Shown here piece by piece: positions 47,090-62,000 of a DNA stretch of 64,000 bases (positions are counted from its first letter, which is position 1; every line of letters begins with the position of its first letter). The stretch is from positions 1,119,024-1,183,023 of the forward strand of contig CM082586.2 of the NCBI GenBank assembly GCA_040954595.2, given 5' to 3'. The position numbers and the translations under genes were made by a program. The stretch is from Balanoglossus misakiensis (taxonomy: Eukaryota > Animalia > Hemichordata). The notes beneath the pieces were generated by a model. It saw only the letters and a list, made by a program, of their open reading frames with translations, was not told the DNA's origin and did no database searches.

Positions 47090-50000
47090 GAGCTATAACC
47101 AATGGTTTTTTCAAAAATCGACCAAATTTTGAAAATTCGCAAAGTCGAAAAAATCTCACTTTTTGACGATTTTCCTGAGCTATAACCCATGTTTTTTTCA
47201 AAAATCGACCAAATTTTGAAAATTCGCAAAGTCGAAAAATTCTCACTTTTTGACGATTTTCCTGAGCTATAACCCATGTTTTTTTCAAAAATCGACCAAA
47301 TTTTGAAAATTCGCAAAGTCGAAAAATTCTCACTTTTTGACGATTTTCCTGAGCTATAACCCATGGTTTTTTCAAAAATCGACCAAATTTTGAAAATTCG
47401 CAAAGTCGAAAAATTCTCACTTTTTGACGATTTTCCTGAGCTATAACCCATGGTTTTTTTCAAAAATCGACCAAATTTTGAAAATTCGCAAAGTCGAAAA
47501 ATTCTCACTTTTTGACGATTTTCCTGAGCTATAACCCATGGTTTTTTTCAAAAATCGACCAAATTTTGAAAATTCGCAAAGTCGAAAAATTCTCATTTTT
47601 TGACGATTTTCCTGAGCTATAACCCATGGTTTTTTCAAAAATCGACCAAATTTTGAAAATTCGCAAAGTCGAAAAATTCTCACTTTTTGACGATTTTCCT
47701 GAGCTATAACCCATGGTTTTTTCAAAAATCGACCAAATTTTGAAAATTCGCAAAGTCGAAAAATTCTCACTTTTTGACGATTTTCCTGAGCTATAACCCA
47801 TGGTTTTTTTTCAAAAATCGACCAAATTTTGAAAATTCGCAAAGTCGAAAAATTCGCATTTTTTGACGATTTTCCTGAGCTATAACCCATGGTTTTTTTC
47901 AAAAATCGACCAAATTTTGAAAATTCGCAAAGTCGAAAAATTCGCATTTTTTGACGATTTTCCTGAGCTATAACCCATGGTTTTTTTTCAAAAATCGACC
48001 AAATTTTGAAAATTCGCAAAGTCGAAAAATTCGCATTTTTTGACGATTTTCCTGAGCTATAACCCATGGTTTTTTCAAAAATCGACCAAATTTTGAAAAT
48101 TCGCAAAGTCGAAAAATTCGCATTTTTTGACGATTTTCCTGAGCTATAACCCATGGTTTTTTCAAAAATCGACCAAATTTTGAAAATTCGCAAAGTCGAA
48201 AAATTCGCATTTTTTGACGATTTTCCTGAGCTATAACCCATGGTTTTTTCAAAAATCGACCAAATTTTGAAAATTCGCAAAGTCGAAAAATTCGCATTTT
48301 TTGACGATTTTCCTGAGCTATAACCCATGGTTTTTTCAAAAATCGACCAAATTTTGAAAATTCGCAAAGTCGAAAAATTCGCATTTTTTGACGATTTTCC
48401 TGAGCTATAACCCATGGTTTTTTTCAAAAATCGACCAAATTTTGAAAATTCGCAAAGTCGAAAAATTCGCATTTTTTGACGATTTTCCTGAGCTATAACC
48501 CATGGTTTTTTCAAAAATCGACCAAATTTTGAAAATTCGCAAAGTCGAAAAATTCGCATTTTTTGACGATTTTCCTGAGCTATAACCCATGGTTTTTTTA
48601 AAAAATCGACCAAATTTTGAAAATTCGCAAAGTCGAAAAATTCGCATTTTTTGACGATTTTCCTGAGCTATAACCCATGGTTTTTTTTCAAAAATCGACC
48701 AAATTTTGAAAATTCGCAAAGTCGAAAAATTCGCATTTTTTGACGATTTTCCTGAGCTATAACCCATGGTTTTTTCAAAAATCGACCAAATTTTGAAAAT
48801 TCGCAAAGTCGAAAAATTCGCATTTTTTGACGATTTTCCTGAGCTATAACCCATGGTTTTTTCAAAAATCGACCAAATTTTGAAAATTCGCAAAGTCGAA
48901 AAATTCTCATTTTTTGACGATTTTCCTGAGCTATAACCCATGGTTTTTTCAAAAATCGACCAAATTTTGAAAATTCGCAAAGTCGAAAAATTCGCATTTT
49001 TTGACGATTTTCCTGAGCTATAACCCATGGTTTTTTCAAAAATCGACCAAATTTTGAAAATTCGCAAAGTCGAAAAATTCGCATTTTTTGACGATTTTCC
49101 TGAGCTATAACCCATGGTTTTTTTCAAAAATCGACCAAATTTTGAAAATTCGCAAAGTCGAAAAATTCGCATTTTTTGACGATTTTCCTGAGCTATAACC
49201 CATGGTTTTTTCAAAAATCGACCAAATTTTGAAAATTCGCAAAGTCGAAAAATTCGCACTTTTTGACGATTTTCCTGAGCTATAACCCATGGTTTTTTCA
49301 AAAATCGACCAAATTTTGAAAATTCGCAAAGTCGAAAAATTCGCATTTTTTGACGATTTTCCTGAGCTATAACCCATGGTTTTTTCAAAAATCGACCAAA
49401 TTTTGAAAATTCGCAAAGTCGAAAAATTCGCATTTTTTGACGATTTTCCTGAGCTATAACGCATGGTTTTTTCAAAAATCGACCAAATTTTGAAAATTCG
49501 CAAAGTCGAAAAATTCGCATTTTTTGACGATTTTCCTGAGCTATAACCCATGGTTTTTTTCAAAAATCGACCAAATTTTGAAAATTCGCAAAGTCGAAAA
49601 ATTCTCATTTTTTGACGATTTTCCTGAGCTATAACCCATGTTTTTTTCAAAAATCGACCAAATTTTGAAAATTCGCAAAGTCGAAAAATTCTCATTTTTT
49701 GACGATTTTCCTGAGCTATAACCCATGGTTTTTTCAAAAATCGACCAAATTTTGAAAATTCGCAAAGTCGAAAAATTCTCACTTTTTGACGATTTTCCTG
49801 AGCTATAACCCATGGTTTTTTCAAAAATCGACCAAATTTTGAAAATTCGCAAAGTCGAAAAATTCTCACTTTTTGACGATTTTCCTGAGCTATAACCCAT
49901 GGTTTTTTCAAAAATCGACCAAATTTTGAAAATTCGCAAAGTCGAAAAATTCTCATTTTTTGACGATTTTCCTGAGCTATAACCCATGGTTTTTTCAAAA

Positions 50001-53000
50001 ATCGACCAAATTTTGAAAATTCGCAAAGTCGAGAAATTCGCATTTTTTGACGATTTTCCTGAGCTATAACCCATGGTTTTTTCAAAAATCGACCAAATTT
50101 TGAAAATTCGCAAAGTCGAAAAATTCGCATTTTTTGACGATTTTCCTGAGCTATAACCCATGGTTTTTTTCAAAAAACGACCAAATTTTGAAAATTCGCA
50201 AAGTCGAAAAATTCGCATTTTTTGACGATTTTCCTGAGCTATAACCCATGGTTTTTTTCAAAAATCGACCAAATTTTGAAAATTCGCAAAGTCGAAAAAT
50301 TCTCATTTTTTGACGATTTTCCTGAGCTATAACCCATGGTTTTTTCAAAAATCGACCAAATTTTGAAAATTCGCAAAGTCGAAAAATTCTCATTTTTTGA
50401 CGATTTTCCTGAGCTATAACCCATGGTTTTTTCAAAAATCGACTAAATTTTGAAAATTCGCAAAGTCGAAAAATTCTCACTTTTTGACGATTTTCCTGAG
50501 CTATAACCCATGGTTTTTTCAAAAATCGACCAAATTTTGAAAATTCGCAAAGTCGAAAAATTCGCATTTTTTGACGATTTTCCTGAGCTATAACCCATGG
50601 TTTTTTTCAAAAATCGACCAAATTTTAAAAATTCGCAAAGTCGAAAAATTCTCATTTTTTGACGATTTTCCTGAGCTATAACCCATGTTTTTTTCAAAAA
50701 TCGACCAAATTTTGAAAATTCGCAAAGTCGAAAAATTCTCATTTTTTGACGATTTTCCTGAGCTATAACCCATGGTTTTTTCAAAAATCGACCAAATTTT
50801 GAAAATTCGCAAAGTCGAAAAATTCTCACTTTTTGACGATTTTCCTGAGCTATAACCCATGGTTTTTTCAAAAATCGACCAAATTTTGAAAATTCGCAAA
50901 GTCGAAAAATTCTCACTTTTTGACGATTTTCCTGAGCTATAACCCATGGTTTTTTCAAAAATCGACCAAATTTTGAAAATTCGCAAAGTCGAAAAATTCT
51001 CATTTTTTGACGATTTTCCTGAGCTATAACCCATGGTTTTTTCAAAAATCGACCAAATTTTGAAAATTCGCAAAGTCGAGAAATTCGCATTTTTTGACGA
51101 TTTTCCTGAGCTATAACCCATGGTTTTTTCAAAAATCGACCAAATTTTGAAAATTCGCAAAGTCGAAAAATTCGCATTTTTTGACGATTTTCCTGAGCTA
51201 TAACCCATGGTTTTTTTCAAAAAACGACCAAATTTTGAAAATTCGCAAAGTCGAAAAATTCGCATTTTTTGACGATTTTCCTGAGCTATAACCCATGGTT
51301 TTTTTCAAAAATCGACCAAATTTTGAAAATTCGCAAAGTCGAAAAATTCTCATTTTTTGACGATTTTCCTGAGCTATAACCCATGGTTTTTTCAAAAATC
51401 GACCAAATTTTGAAAATTCGCAAAGTCGAAAAATTCTCATTTTTGACGATTTTCCTGAGCTATAACCCATGGTTTTTTCAAAAATCGACTAAATTTTGAA
51501 AATTCGCAAAGTCGAAAATTCTCACTTTTTGACGATTTTCCTGAGCTATAACCCATGGTTTTTTCAAAAATCGACCAAATTTTGAAAATTCGCAAAGTCG
51601 AAAAATTCGCATTTTTTGACGATTTTCCTGAGCTATAACCCATGGTTTTTTCAAAATCGACCAAATTTTAAAAATTCGCAAAGTCGAAAAATTCGCATTT
51701 TTTGACGATTTTCCTGAGCTATAACCCATGGTTTTTCAAAAATCGACCAAATTTTGAAAATTCGCAAAGTCGAAAAATTCGCATTTTTTGACGATTTTCC
51801 TGAGCTATAACCCATGGTTTTTTCAAAAATCGACCAAATTTTGAAAATTCGCAAAGTCGAAAAATTCGCATTTTTTGACGATTTTCCTGAGCTATAACCC
51901 ATGGTTTTTTCAAAAATCGACCAAATTTTGAAAATTCGCAAAGTCGAAAAATTCTCACTTTTTGACGATTTTCCTGAGCTATAACCCATGGTTTTTCAAA
52001 AATCGACCAAATTTTGAAAATTCGCAAAGTCGAAAAATTCTCACTTTTTGACGATTTTCCTGAGCTATAACCCATGGTTTTTTCAAAAATCGACCAAATT
52101 TTGAAAATTCGCAAAGTCGAAAAATTCGCACTTTTTGACGATTTTCCTGAGCTATAACCCATGGTTTTTTCAAAAATCGACCAAATTTTGAAAATTCGCA
52201 AAGTCGAAAAATTCGCATTTTTTGACGATTTTCCTGAGCTATAACCCATGGTTTTTTCAAAAATCGACCAAATTTTGAAAATTCGCAAAGTCGAAAAATT
52301 CGCATTTTTTGACGATTTTCCTGAGCTATAACCCATGGTTTTTTCAAAAATCGACCAAATTTTGAAAATTCGCAAAGTCGAAAAATTCGCATTTTTTGAC
52401 GATTTTCCTGAGCTATAACCCATGGTTTTTTTCAAAAATCGACCAAATTTTGAAAATTCGCAAAGTCGAAAAATTCTCACTTTTTGACGATTTTCCTGAG
52501 CTATAACCCATGGTTTTTTCAAAAATCGACCAAATTTTGAAAATTCGCAAAGTCGAAAAATTCTCACTTTTTGACGATTTTCCTGAGCTATAACCCATGG
52601 TTTTTTTCAAAAATCGACCAAATTTTGAAAATTCGCAAAGTCGAAAAATTCTCACTTTTTGACGATTTTCCTGAGCTATAACCCATGGTTTTTTCAAAAA
52701 TCGACCAAATTTTGAAAATTCGCAAAGTCGAAAAATTCTCATTTTTTGACGATTTTCCTGAGCTATAACCCATGGTTTTTTCAAAAATCGACCAAATTTT
52801 GAAAATTCGCAAAGTCCAAAAATTCTCACTTTTTGACGATTTTCCTGAGCTATAACCCATGGTTTTTTTCAAAAATCGACCAAATTTTGAAAATTCGCAA
52901 AGTCGAAAAATTCTCACTTTTTGACGATTTTCCTGAGCTATAACCCATGGTTTTTTCAAAAATCGACCAAATTTTGAAAATTCGCAAAGTCGAAAAATTC

Positions 53001-56000
53001 TCACTTTTTGACGATTTTCCTGAGCTATAACCCATGGTTTTTTCAAAAATCGACCAAATTTTGAAAATTCGCAAAGTCGAAAAATTCGCACTTTTTGACG
53101 ATTTTCCTGAGCTATAACCCATGGTTTTTTCAAAAATCGACCAAATTTTGAAAATTCGCAAAGTCGAAAAATTCGCATTTTTTGACGATTTTCCTGAGCT
53201 ATAACCCATGGTTTTTTCAAAATCGACCAAATTTTGAAAATTCGCAAAGTCCAAAAATTCGCATTTTTTGACGATTTTCCTGAGCTATAACCCATGGTTT
53301 TTTCAAAAATCGACCAAATTTTGAAAATTCGCAAAGTCGAAAAATTCTCATTTTTTGACGATTTTCCTGAGCTATAACCCATGGTTTTTTTCAAAAATCG
53401 ACCAAATTTTGAAAATTCGCAAAGTCGAAAAATTCTCATTTTTTGACGATTTTCCTGAGCTATAACCCATGGTTTTTTCAAAAATCGACCAAATTTTGAA
53501 ATTCGCAAAGTCGAAAATTCTCATTTTTTGACGATTTTCCTGAGCTATAACCCATGGTTTTTTCAAAAATCGACCAAATTTTGAAATTCGCAAAGTCGAA
53601 AAATTCTAACTTTTTGACGATTTTCCTGAGCTATAACCCATGGTTTTTTCAAAAATCGACCAAATTTTGAAAATTCGCAAAGTCGAAAAATTCGCATTTT
53701 TTGACGATTTTCCTGAGCTATAACCCATGGTTTTTTCAAAAATCGACCAAATTTTAAAATTCGCAAAGTCGAAAAATTCGCATTTTTGACGATTTTCCTG
53801 AGCTATAACCCATGGTTTTTTTCAAAAATCGACCAAATTTTGAAAATTCGCAAAGTCGAAAAATTCGCATTTTTTGACGATTTTCCTGAGCTATAACCCA
53901 TGGTTTTTTCAAAAATCGACCAAATTTTGAAAATTCGCAAAGTCGAAAAATTCGCATTTTTTGACGATTTTCCTGAGCTATAACCCATGGTTTTTTTCAA
54001 AAATCGACCAAATTTTGAAAATTCGCAAAGTCGAAAAATTCGCATTTTTTGACGATTTTCCTGAGCTATAACCCATGGTTTTTTCAAAATCGACCAAATT
54101 TTGAAAATTCGCAAAGTCGAAAAATTCGCATTTTTTGACGATTTTCCTGAGCTATAACCCATGGTTTTTTCAAAAATCGACCAAATTTTGAAAATTCGCA
54201 AAGTCGAAAAATTCGCATTTTTGACGATTTTCCTGAGCTATAACCCATGGTTTTTTTCAAAAATCGACCAAATTTTGAAAATTCGCAAAGTCGAAAATTC
54301 GCATTTTTTGACGATTTTCCTGAGCTATAACCCATGGTTTTTTTCAAAAATCGACCAAATTTTGAAAATTCGCAAAGTCGAAAAATTCTCACTTTTTGAC
54401 GATTTTCCTGAGCTATAACCCATGGTTTTTTTCAAAATCGACCAAATTTTGAAAATTCGCAAAGTCGAAAAATTCTCACTTTTTGACGATTTTCCTGAGC
54501 TATAACCCATGGTTTTTTTCAAAAATCGACCAAATTTTGAAAATTCGCAAAGTCGAAAAATTCTCACTTTTGACGATTTTCCTGAGCTATAACCCATGGT
54601 TTTTTCAAAAATCGACCAAATTTTGAAAATTCGCAAAGTCGAAAATTCTCACTTTTTGACGATTTTCCTGAGCTATAACCCATGGTTTTTTCAAAAATCG
54701 ACCAAATTTTGAAAATTCGCAAAGTCGAAAAATTCTCACTTTTTGACGATTTTCCTGAGCTATAACCCATGGTTTTTTCAAAATCGACCAAATTTGAAAA
54801 TTCGCAAAGTCGAAAATTCTCACTTTTTGACGATTTTCCTGAGCTATAACCCATGGTTTTTTCAAAAATCGACCAAATTTTGAAAATTCGCAAAGTCGAA
54901 AAATTCTCACTTTTTGACGATTTTTCCTGAGCTATAACCCATGGTTTTTTCAAAAATCGACCAAATTTTGAAAATTCGCAAAGTCGAAAAATTCTCACTT
55001 TTTGACGATTTTCCTGAGCTATAACCCATGGTTTTTTTCAAAAATCGACCAAATTTTGAAAATTCGCAAAGTCGAAAAATTCTCACTTTTTGACGATTTT
55101 CCTGAGCTATAACCCATGGTTTTTTCAAAAATCGACCAAATTTGAAAATTCGCAAAGTCGAAAAATTCTCACTTTTTGACGATTTTCCTGAGCTATACCC
55201 ATGGTTTTTTCAAAAATCGACCAAATTTTGAAAATTCGCAAAGTCGAAAAATTCGCATTTTTGACGATTTTCCTGAGCTATAACCCATGGTTTTTTTCAA
55301 AAATCGACCAAATTTTGAAAATTCGCAAAGTCGAAAAATTCGCATTTTTTGACGATTTTCCTGAGCTATAACCCATGGTTTTTTTCAAAAATCGACCAAA
55401 TTTTGAAAATTCGCAAAGTCGAAAAATTCGCATTTTTTGACGATTTTCCTGAGCTATAACCCATGGTTTTTTCAAAAATCGACCAAATTTTGAAAATTCG
55501 CAAAGTCGAAAAATTCGCATTTTTTGACGATTTTCCTGAGCTATAACCCATGGTTTTTTCAAAAATCGACCAAATTTTGAAAATTCGCAAAGTCGAAAAA
55601 TTCTCATTTTTTGACGATTTTCCTGAGCTATAACCCATGGTTTTTTCAAAAATCGACCAAATTTTGAAAATTCGCAAAGTCGAAAAATTCTCATTTTTTG
55701 ACGATTTTCCTGAGCTATAACCCATGGTTTTTTCAAAAATCGACCAAATTTTGAAAATTCGCAAAGTCGAAAAATTCTCATTTTTTGACGATTTTCCTGA
55801 GCTATAACCCATGGTTTTTTCAAAAATCGACCAAATTTTGAAAATTCGCAAAGTCGAAAATTCTCATTTTTTGACGATTTTCCTGAGCTATAACCCATGG
55901 TTTTTTCAAAAATCGACCAAATTTTGAAAATTCGCAAAGTCGAAAAATTCTCATTTTTTGACGATTTTCCTGAGCTATAACCCATGGTTTTTTCAAAAAT

Positions 56001-59000
56001 CGACCAAATTTTGAAAATTCGCAAAGTCGAAAAATTCTCATTTTTTGACGATTTTCCTGAGCTATAACCCATGGTTTTTTCAAAAATCGACCAAATTTTG
56101 AAAATTCGCAAAGTCGAAAAATTCTCATTTTTTGACGATTTTCCTGAGCTATAACCCATGGTTTTTTCAAAAATCGACCAAATTTTGAAAATTCGCAAAG
56201 TCGAAAAATTCTCATTTTTTGACGATTTTCCTGAGCTATAACCCATGGTTTTTTCAAAAATCGACCAAATTTTGAAAATTCGCAAAGTCGAAAAATTCTC
56301 ATTTTTTGACGATTTTCCTGAGCTATAACCCATGGTTTTTTCAAAAATCGACCAAATTTTGAAAATTCGCAAAGTCGAAAAATTCTCACTTTTTGACGAT
56401 TTTCCTGAGCTATAACCCATGGTTTTTTCAAAAATCGACCAAATTTTGAAAATTCGCAAAGTCGAAAAATTCTCACTTTTTGACGATTTTCCTGAGCTAT
56501 AACCCATGGTTTTTTCAAAAATCGACCAAATTTTGAAAATTCGCAAAGTCGAAAAATTCTCACTTTTTGACGATTTTCCTGAGCTATAACCCATGGTTTT
56601 TTCAAAAATCGACCAAATTTTGAAAATTCGCAAAGTCGAAAAATTCTCACTTTTTGACGATTTTCCTGAGCTATAACCCATGGTTTTTTCAAAAATCGAC
56701 CAAATTTTGAAAATTCGCAAAGTCGAAAAATTCTCACTTTTTGACGATTTTCCTGAGCTATAACCCATGGTTTTTTCAAAAATCGACCAAATTTTGAAAA
56801 TTCGCAAAGTCGAAAAATTCTCATTTTTTGACGATTTTCCTGAGCTATAACCCATGGTTTTTTCAAAAATCGACCAAATTTTGAAAATTCGCAAAGTCGA
56901 AAAATTCTCACTTTTTGACGATTTTCCTGAGCTATAACCCATGGTTTTTTCAAAAATCGACCAAATTTTGAAAATTCGCAAAGTCGAAAAATTCTCACTT
57001 TTTGACGATTTTCCTGAGCTATAACCCATGGTTTTTTCAAAAATCGACCAAATTTTGAAAATTCGCAAAGTCGAAAATTCTCACTTTTTTGACGATTTTC
57101 CTGAGCTATAACCCATGGTTTTTTCAAAAATCGACCAAATTTTGAAAATTCGCAAAGTCGAAAAATTCTCACTTTTTGACGATTTTCCTGAGCTATAACC
57201 CATGGTTTTTCAAAAATCGACCAAATTTTGAAAATTCGCAAAGTCGAAAAATTCTCACTTTTTGACGATTTTCCTGAGCTATAACCCATGGTTTTTTCAA
57301 AAATCGACCAAATTTTGAAAATTCGCAAAGTCGAAAAATTCGCATTTTTGACGATTTTCCTGAGCTATAACCCATGGTTTTTTCAAAAATCGACCAAATT
57401 TTGAAAATTCGCAAAGTCGAAAAATTCGCATTTTTTGACGATTTTCCTGAGCTATAACCCATGGTTTTTCAAAAATCGACCAAATTTTGAAAATTCGCAA
57501 AGTCGAAAAATTCGCATTTTTTGACGATTTTCCTGAGCTATAACCCATGGTTTTTTCAAAAATCGACCAAATTTTGAAAATTCGCAAAGTCGAAAAATTC
57601 TCATTTTTTGACGATTTTCCTGAGCTATAACCCATGGTTTTTTCAAAAATCGACCAAATTTTGAAAATTCGCAAAGTCGAAAAATTCTCATTTTTTGACG
57701 ATTTTCCTGAGCTATAACCCATGGTTTTTTTCAAAAATCGACCAAATTTTGAAAATTCGCAAAGTCGAAAAATTCTCATTTTTTGACGATTTTCCTGAGC
57801 TATAACCCATGGTTTTTTCAAAAATCGACCAAATTTTGAAAATTCGCAAAGTCGAAAAATTCTCATTTTTTGACGATTTTCCTGAGCTATAACCCATGGT
57901 TTTTTCAAAAATCGACCAAATTTTGAAAATTCGCAAAGTCGAAAAATTCTCATTTTTTGACGATTTTCCTGAGCTATAACCCATGGTTTTTTCAAAAATC
58001 GACCAAATTTTGAAAATTCGCAAAGTCGAAAAATTCTCATTTTTTGACGATTTTCCTGAGCTATAACCCATGGTTTTTTCAAAAATCGACCAAATTTTGA
58101 AAATTCGCAAAGTCGAAAAATTCTCATTTTTTGACGATTTTCCTGAGCTATAACCCATGGTTTTTCAAAAATCGACCAAATTTTGAAAATTCGCAAAGTC
58201 GAAAAATTCTCATTTTTTGACGATTTTCCTGAGCTATAACCCATGGTTTTTTCAAAAATCGACCAAATTTTGAAAATTCGCAAAGTCGAAAAATTCTCAT
58301 TTTTTGACGATTTTCCTGAGCTATAACCCATGGTTTTTTCAAAAATCGACCAAATTTTGAAAATTCGCAAAGTCGAAAAATTCTCATTTTTTGACGATTT
58401 TCCTGAGCTATAACCCATGGTTTTTTCAAAAATCGACCAAATTTTGAAAATTCGCAAAGTCGAAAAATTCTCATTTTTGACGATTTTCCTGAGCTATAAC
58501 CCATGGTTTTTCAAAAATCGACCAAATTTTGAAAATTCGCAAAGTCGAAAAATTCTCATTTTTTGACGATTTTCCTGAGCTATAACCCATGGTTTTTTTC
58601 AAAAATCGACCAAATTTTGAAAATTCGCAAAGTCGAAAAATTCTCATTTTTTGACGATTTTCCTGAGCTATAACCCATGGTTTTTTCAAAAATCGACCAA
58701 ATTTTGAAAATTCGCAAAGTCGAAAATTCTCATTTTTTGACGATTTTCCTGAGCTATAACCCATGGTTTTTTCAAAATCGACCAAATTTTGAAAATTCGC
58801 AAAGTCGAAAAATTCTCATTTTTTGACGATTTTCCTGAGCTATAACCCATGGTTTTTTCAAAAATCGACCAAATTTTGAAAATTCGCAAAGTCGAAAAAT
58901 TCTCATTTTTTGACGATTTTCCTGAGCTATAACCCATGGTTTTTTCAAAAATCGACCAAATTTTGAAAATTCGCAAAGTCGAAAAAATTCTCATTTTTTG

Positions 59001-62000
59001 ACGATTTTCCTGAGCTATAACCCATGGTTTTTTCAAAAATCGACCAAATTTTGAAAATTCGCAAAGTCGAAAATTCTCATTTTTTGACGATTTTCCTGAG
59101 CTATAACCCATGGTTTTTTCAAAAAATCGACCAAATTTTGAAAATTCGCAAAGTCGAAAAATTCTCATTTTTTGACGATTTTCCTGAGCTATAACCCATG
59201 GTTTTTTCAAAAATCGACCAAATTTTGAAAATTCGCAAAGTCGAAAAATTCTCATTTTTTGACGATTTTCCTGAGCTATAACCCATGGTTTTTTTCAAAA
59301 ATCGACCAAATTTTGAAAATTCGCAAAGTCGAAAAATTCTCATTTTTTGACGATTTTCCTGAGCTATAACCCATGGTTTTTTCAAAAATCGACCAAATTT
59401 TGAAAATTCGCAAAGTCGAAAAATTCTCATTTTTTGACGATTTTCCTGAGCTATAACCCATGGTTTTTTTCAAAAATCGACCAAATTTTGAAAATTCGCA
59501 AAGTCGAAAAATTCTCATTTTTTGACGATTTTCCTGAGCTATAACCCATGGTTTTTTCAAAAATCGACCAAATTTTGAAAATTCGCAAAGTCGAAAAATT
59601 CTCATTTTTTGACGATTTTCCTGAGCTATAACCCATGGTTTTTTCAAAAATCGACCAAATTTTGAAAATTCGCAAAGTCGAAAAATTCTCATTTTTTGAC
59701 GATTTTCCTGAGCTATAACCCATGGTTTTTTCAAAAATCGACCAAATTTTGAAAATTCGCAAAGTCGAAAAATTCTCATTTTTTGACGATTTTCCTGAGC
59801 TATAACCCATGGTTTTTTCAAAAATCGACCAAATTTTGAAAATTCGCAAAGTCGAAAAATTCTCATTTTTTGACGATTTTCCTGAGCTATAACCCATGGT
59901 TTTTTCAAAAATCGACCAAATTTTGAAAATTCGCAAAGTCGAAAAATTCTCATTTTTTGACGATTTTCCTGAGCTATAACCCATGGTTTTTTCAAAAATC
60001 GACCAAATTTTGAAAATTCGCAAAGTCGAAAAATTCTCATTTTTTGACGATTTTCCTGAGCTATAACCCATGGTTTTTTTCAAAAATCGACCAAATTTTG
60101 AAAATTCGCAAAGTCGAAAAATTCTCATTTTTTGACGATTTTCCTGAGCTATAACCCATGGTTTTTTCAAAAATCGACCAAATTTTGAAAATTCGCAAAG
60201 TCGAAAAATTCTCATTTTTTGACGATTTTCCTGAGCTATAACCCATGGTTTTTTCAAAAATCGACCAAATTTTGAAAATTCGCAAAGTCGAAAAATTCTC
60301 ATTTTTTGACGATTTTCCTGAGCTATAACCCATGGTTTTTTCAAAATCGACCAAATTTTGAAAATTCGCAAAGTCGAAAAATTCTCATTTTTGACGATTT
60401 TCCTGAGCTATAACCCATGGTTTTTTTCAAAAATCGACCAAATTTTGAAAATTCGCAAAGTCGAAAAATTCTCATTTTTGACGATTTTCCTGAGCTATAA
60501 CCCATGGTTTTTTCAAAAATCGACCAAATTTTGAAAATTCGCAAAGTCGAAAAATTCTCACTTTTTTGACGATTTTCCTGAGCTATAACCCATGGTTTTT
60601 TCAAAAATCGACCAAATTTTGAAAATTCGCAAAGTCGAAAAATTCTCACTTTTTTGACGATTTTCCTGAGCTATAACCCATGGTTTTTTCAAAAATCGAC
60701 CAAATTTTGAAAATTCGCAAAGTCGAAAAATTCGCATTTTTGACGATTTTCCTGAGCTATAACCCATGGTTTTTTTCAAAAATCGACCAAATTTTGAAAA
60801 TTCGCAAAAGTCGAAAAATTCGCATTTTTGACGATTTTCCTGAGCTATAACCCATGGTTTTTTCAAAAATCGACCAAATTTTGAAAATTCGCAAAGTCGA
60901 AAAATTCTCATTTTTTGACGATTTTCCTGAGCTATAACCCATGGTTTTTTCAAAAATCGACCAAATTTTGAAAATTCGCAAAGTCGAAAATTCGCATTTT
61001 TTGACGATTTTCCTGAGCTATAACCCATGGTTTTTTCAAAAATCGACCAAATTTTGAAAATTCGCAAAGTCGAAAAATTCTCATTTTTTGACGATTTTCC
61101 TGAGCTATAACCCATGGTTTTTTCAAAAATCGACCAAATTTTGAAAATTCGCAAAGTCGAAAAATTCTCATTTTTTGACGATTTTCCTGAGCTATAACCC
61201 ATGGTTTTTTCAAAAATCGACCAAATTTTGAAAATTCGCAAAGTCGAAAAATTCTCATTTTTTGACGATTTTCCTGAGCTATAACCCATGGTTTTTTCAA
61301 AAATCGACCAAATTTTGAAAATTCGCAAAGTCGAAAAATTCTCATTTTTTGACGATTTTCCTGAGCTATAACCCATGGTTTTTTCAAAAATCGACCAAAT
61401 TTTGAAAATTCGCAAAGTCGAAAAATTCTCATTTTTTGACGATTTTCCTGAGCTATAACCCATGGTTTTTTCAAAATCGACCAAATTTTGAAATTCGCAA
61501 AGTCGAAAAATTCTCATTTTTTGACGATTTTCCTGAGCTATAACCCATGGTTTTTTCAAAAATCGACCAAATTTTGAAAATTCGCAAAGTCGAAAAATTC
61601 TCATTTTTTGACGATTTTCCTGAGCTATAACCCATGGTTTTTTCAAAAATCGACCAAATTTTGAAAATTCGCAAAGTCGAAAAATTCTCATTTTTGACGA
61701 TTTTCCTGAGCTATAACCCATGGTTTTTTCAAAAATCGACCAAATTTTGAAAATTCGCAAAGTCGAAAAATTCTCATTTTTTGACGATTTTCCTGAGCTA
61801 TAACCCATGGTTTTTTCAAAAATCGACCAAATTTTGAAAATTCGCAAAGTCGAAAAATTCTCATTTTTTGACGATTTTCCTGAGCTATAACCCATGGTTT
61901 TTTCAAAAATCGACCAAATTTTGAAAATTCGCAAAGTCGAAAAATTCTCATTTTTTGACGATTTTCCTGAGCTATAACCCATGGTTTTTTCAAAAATCGA

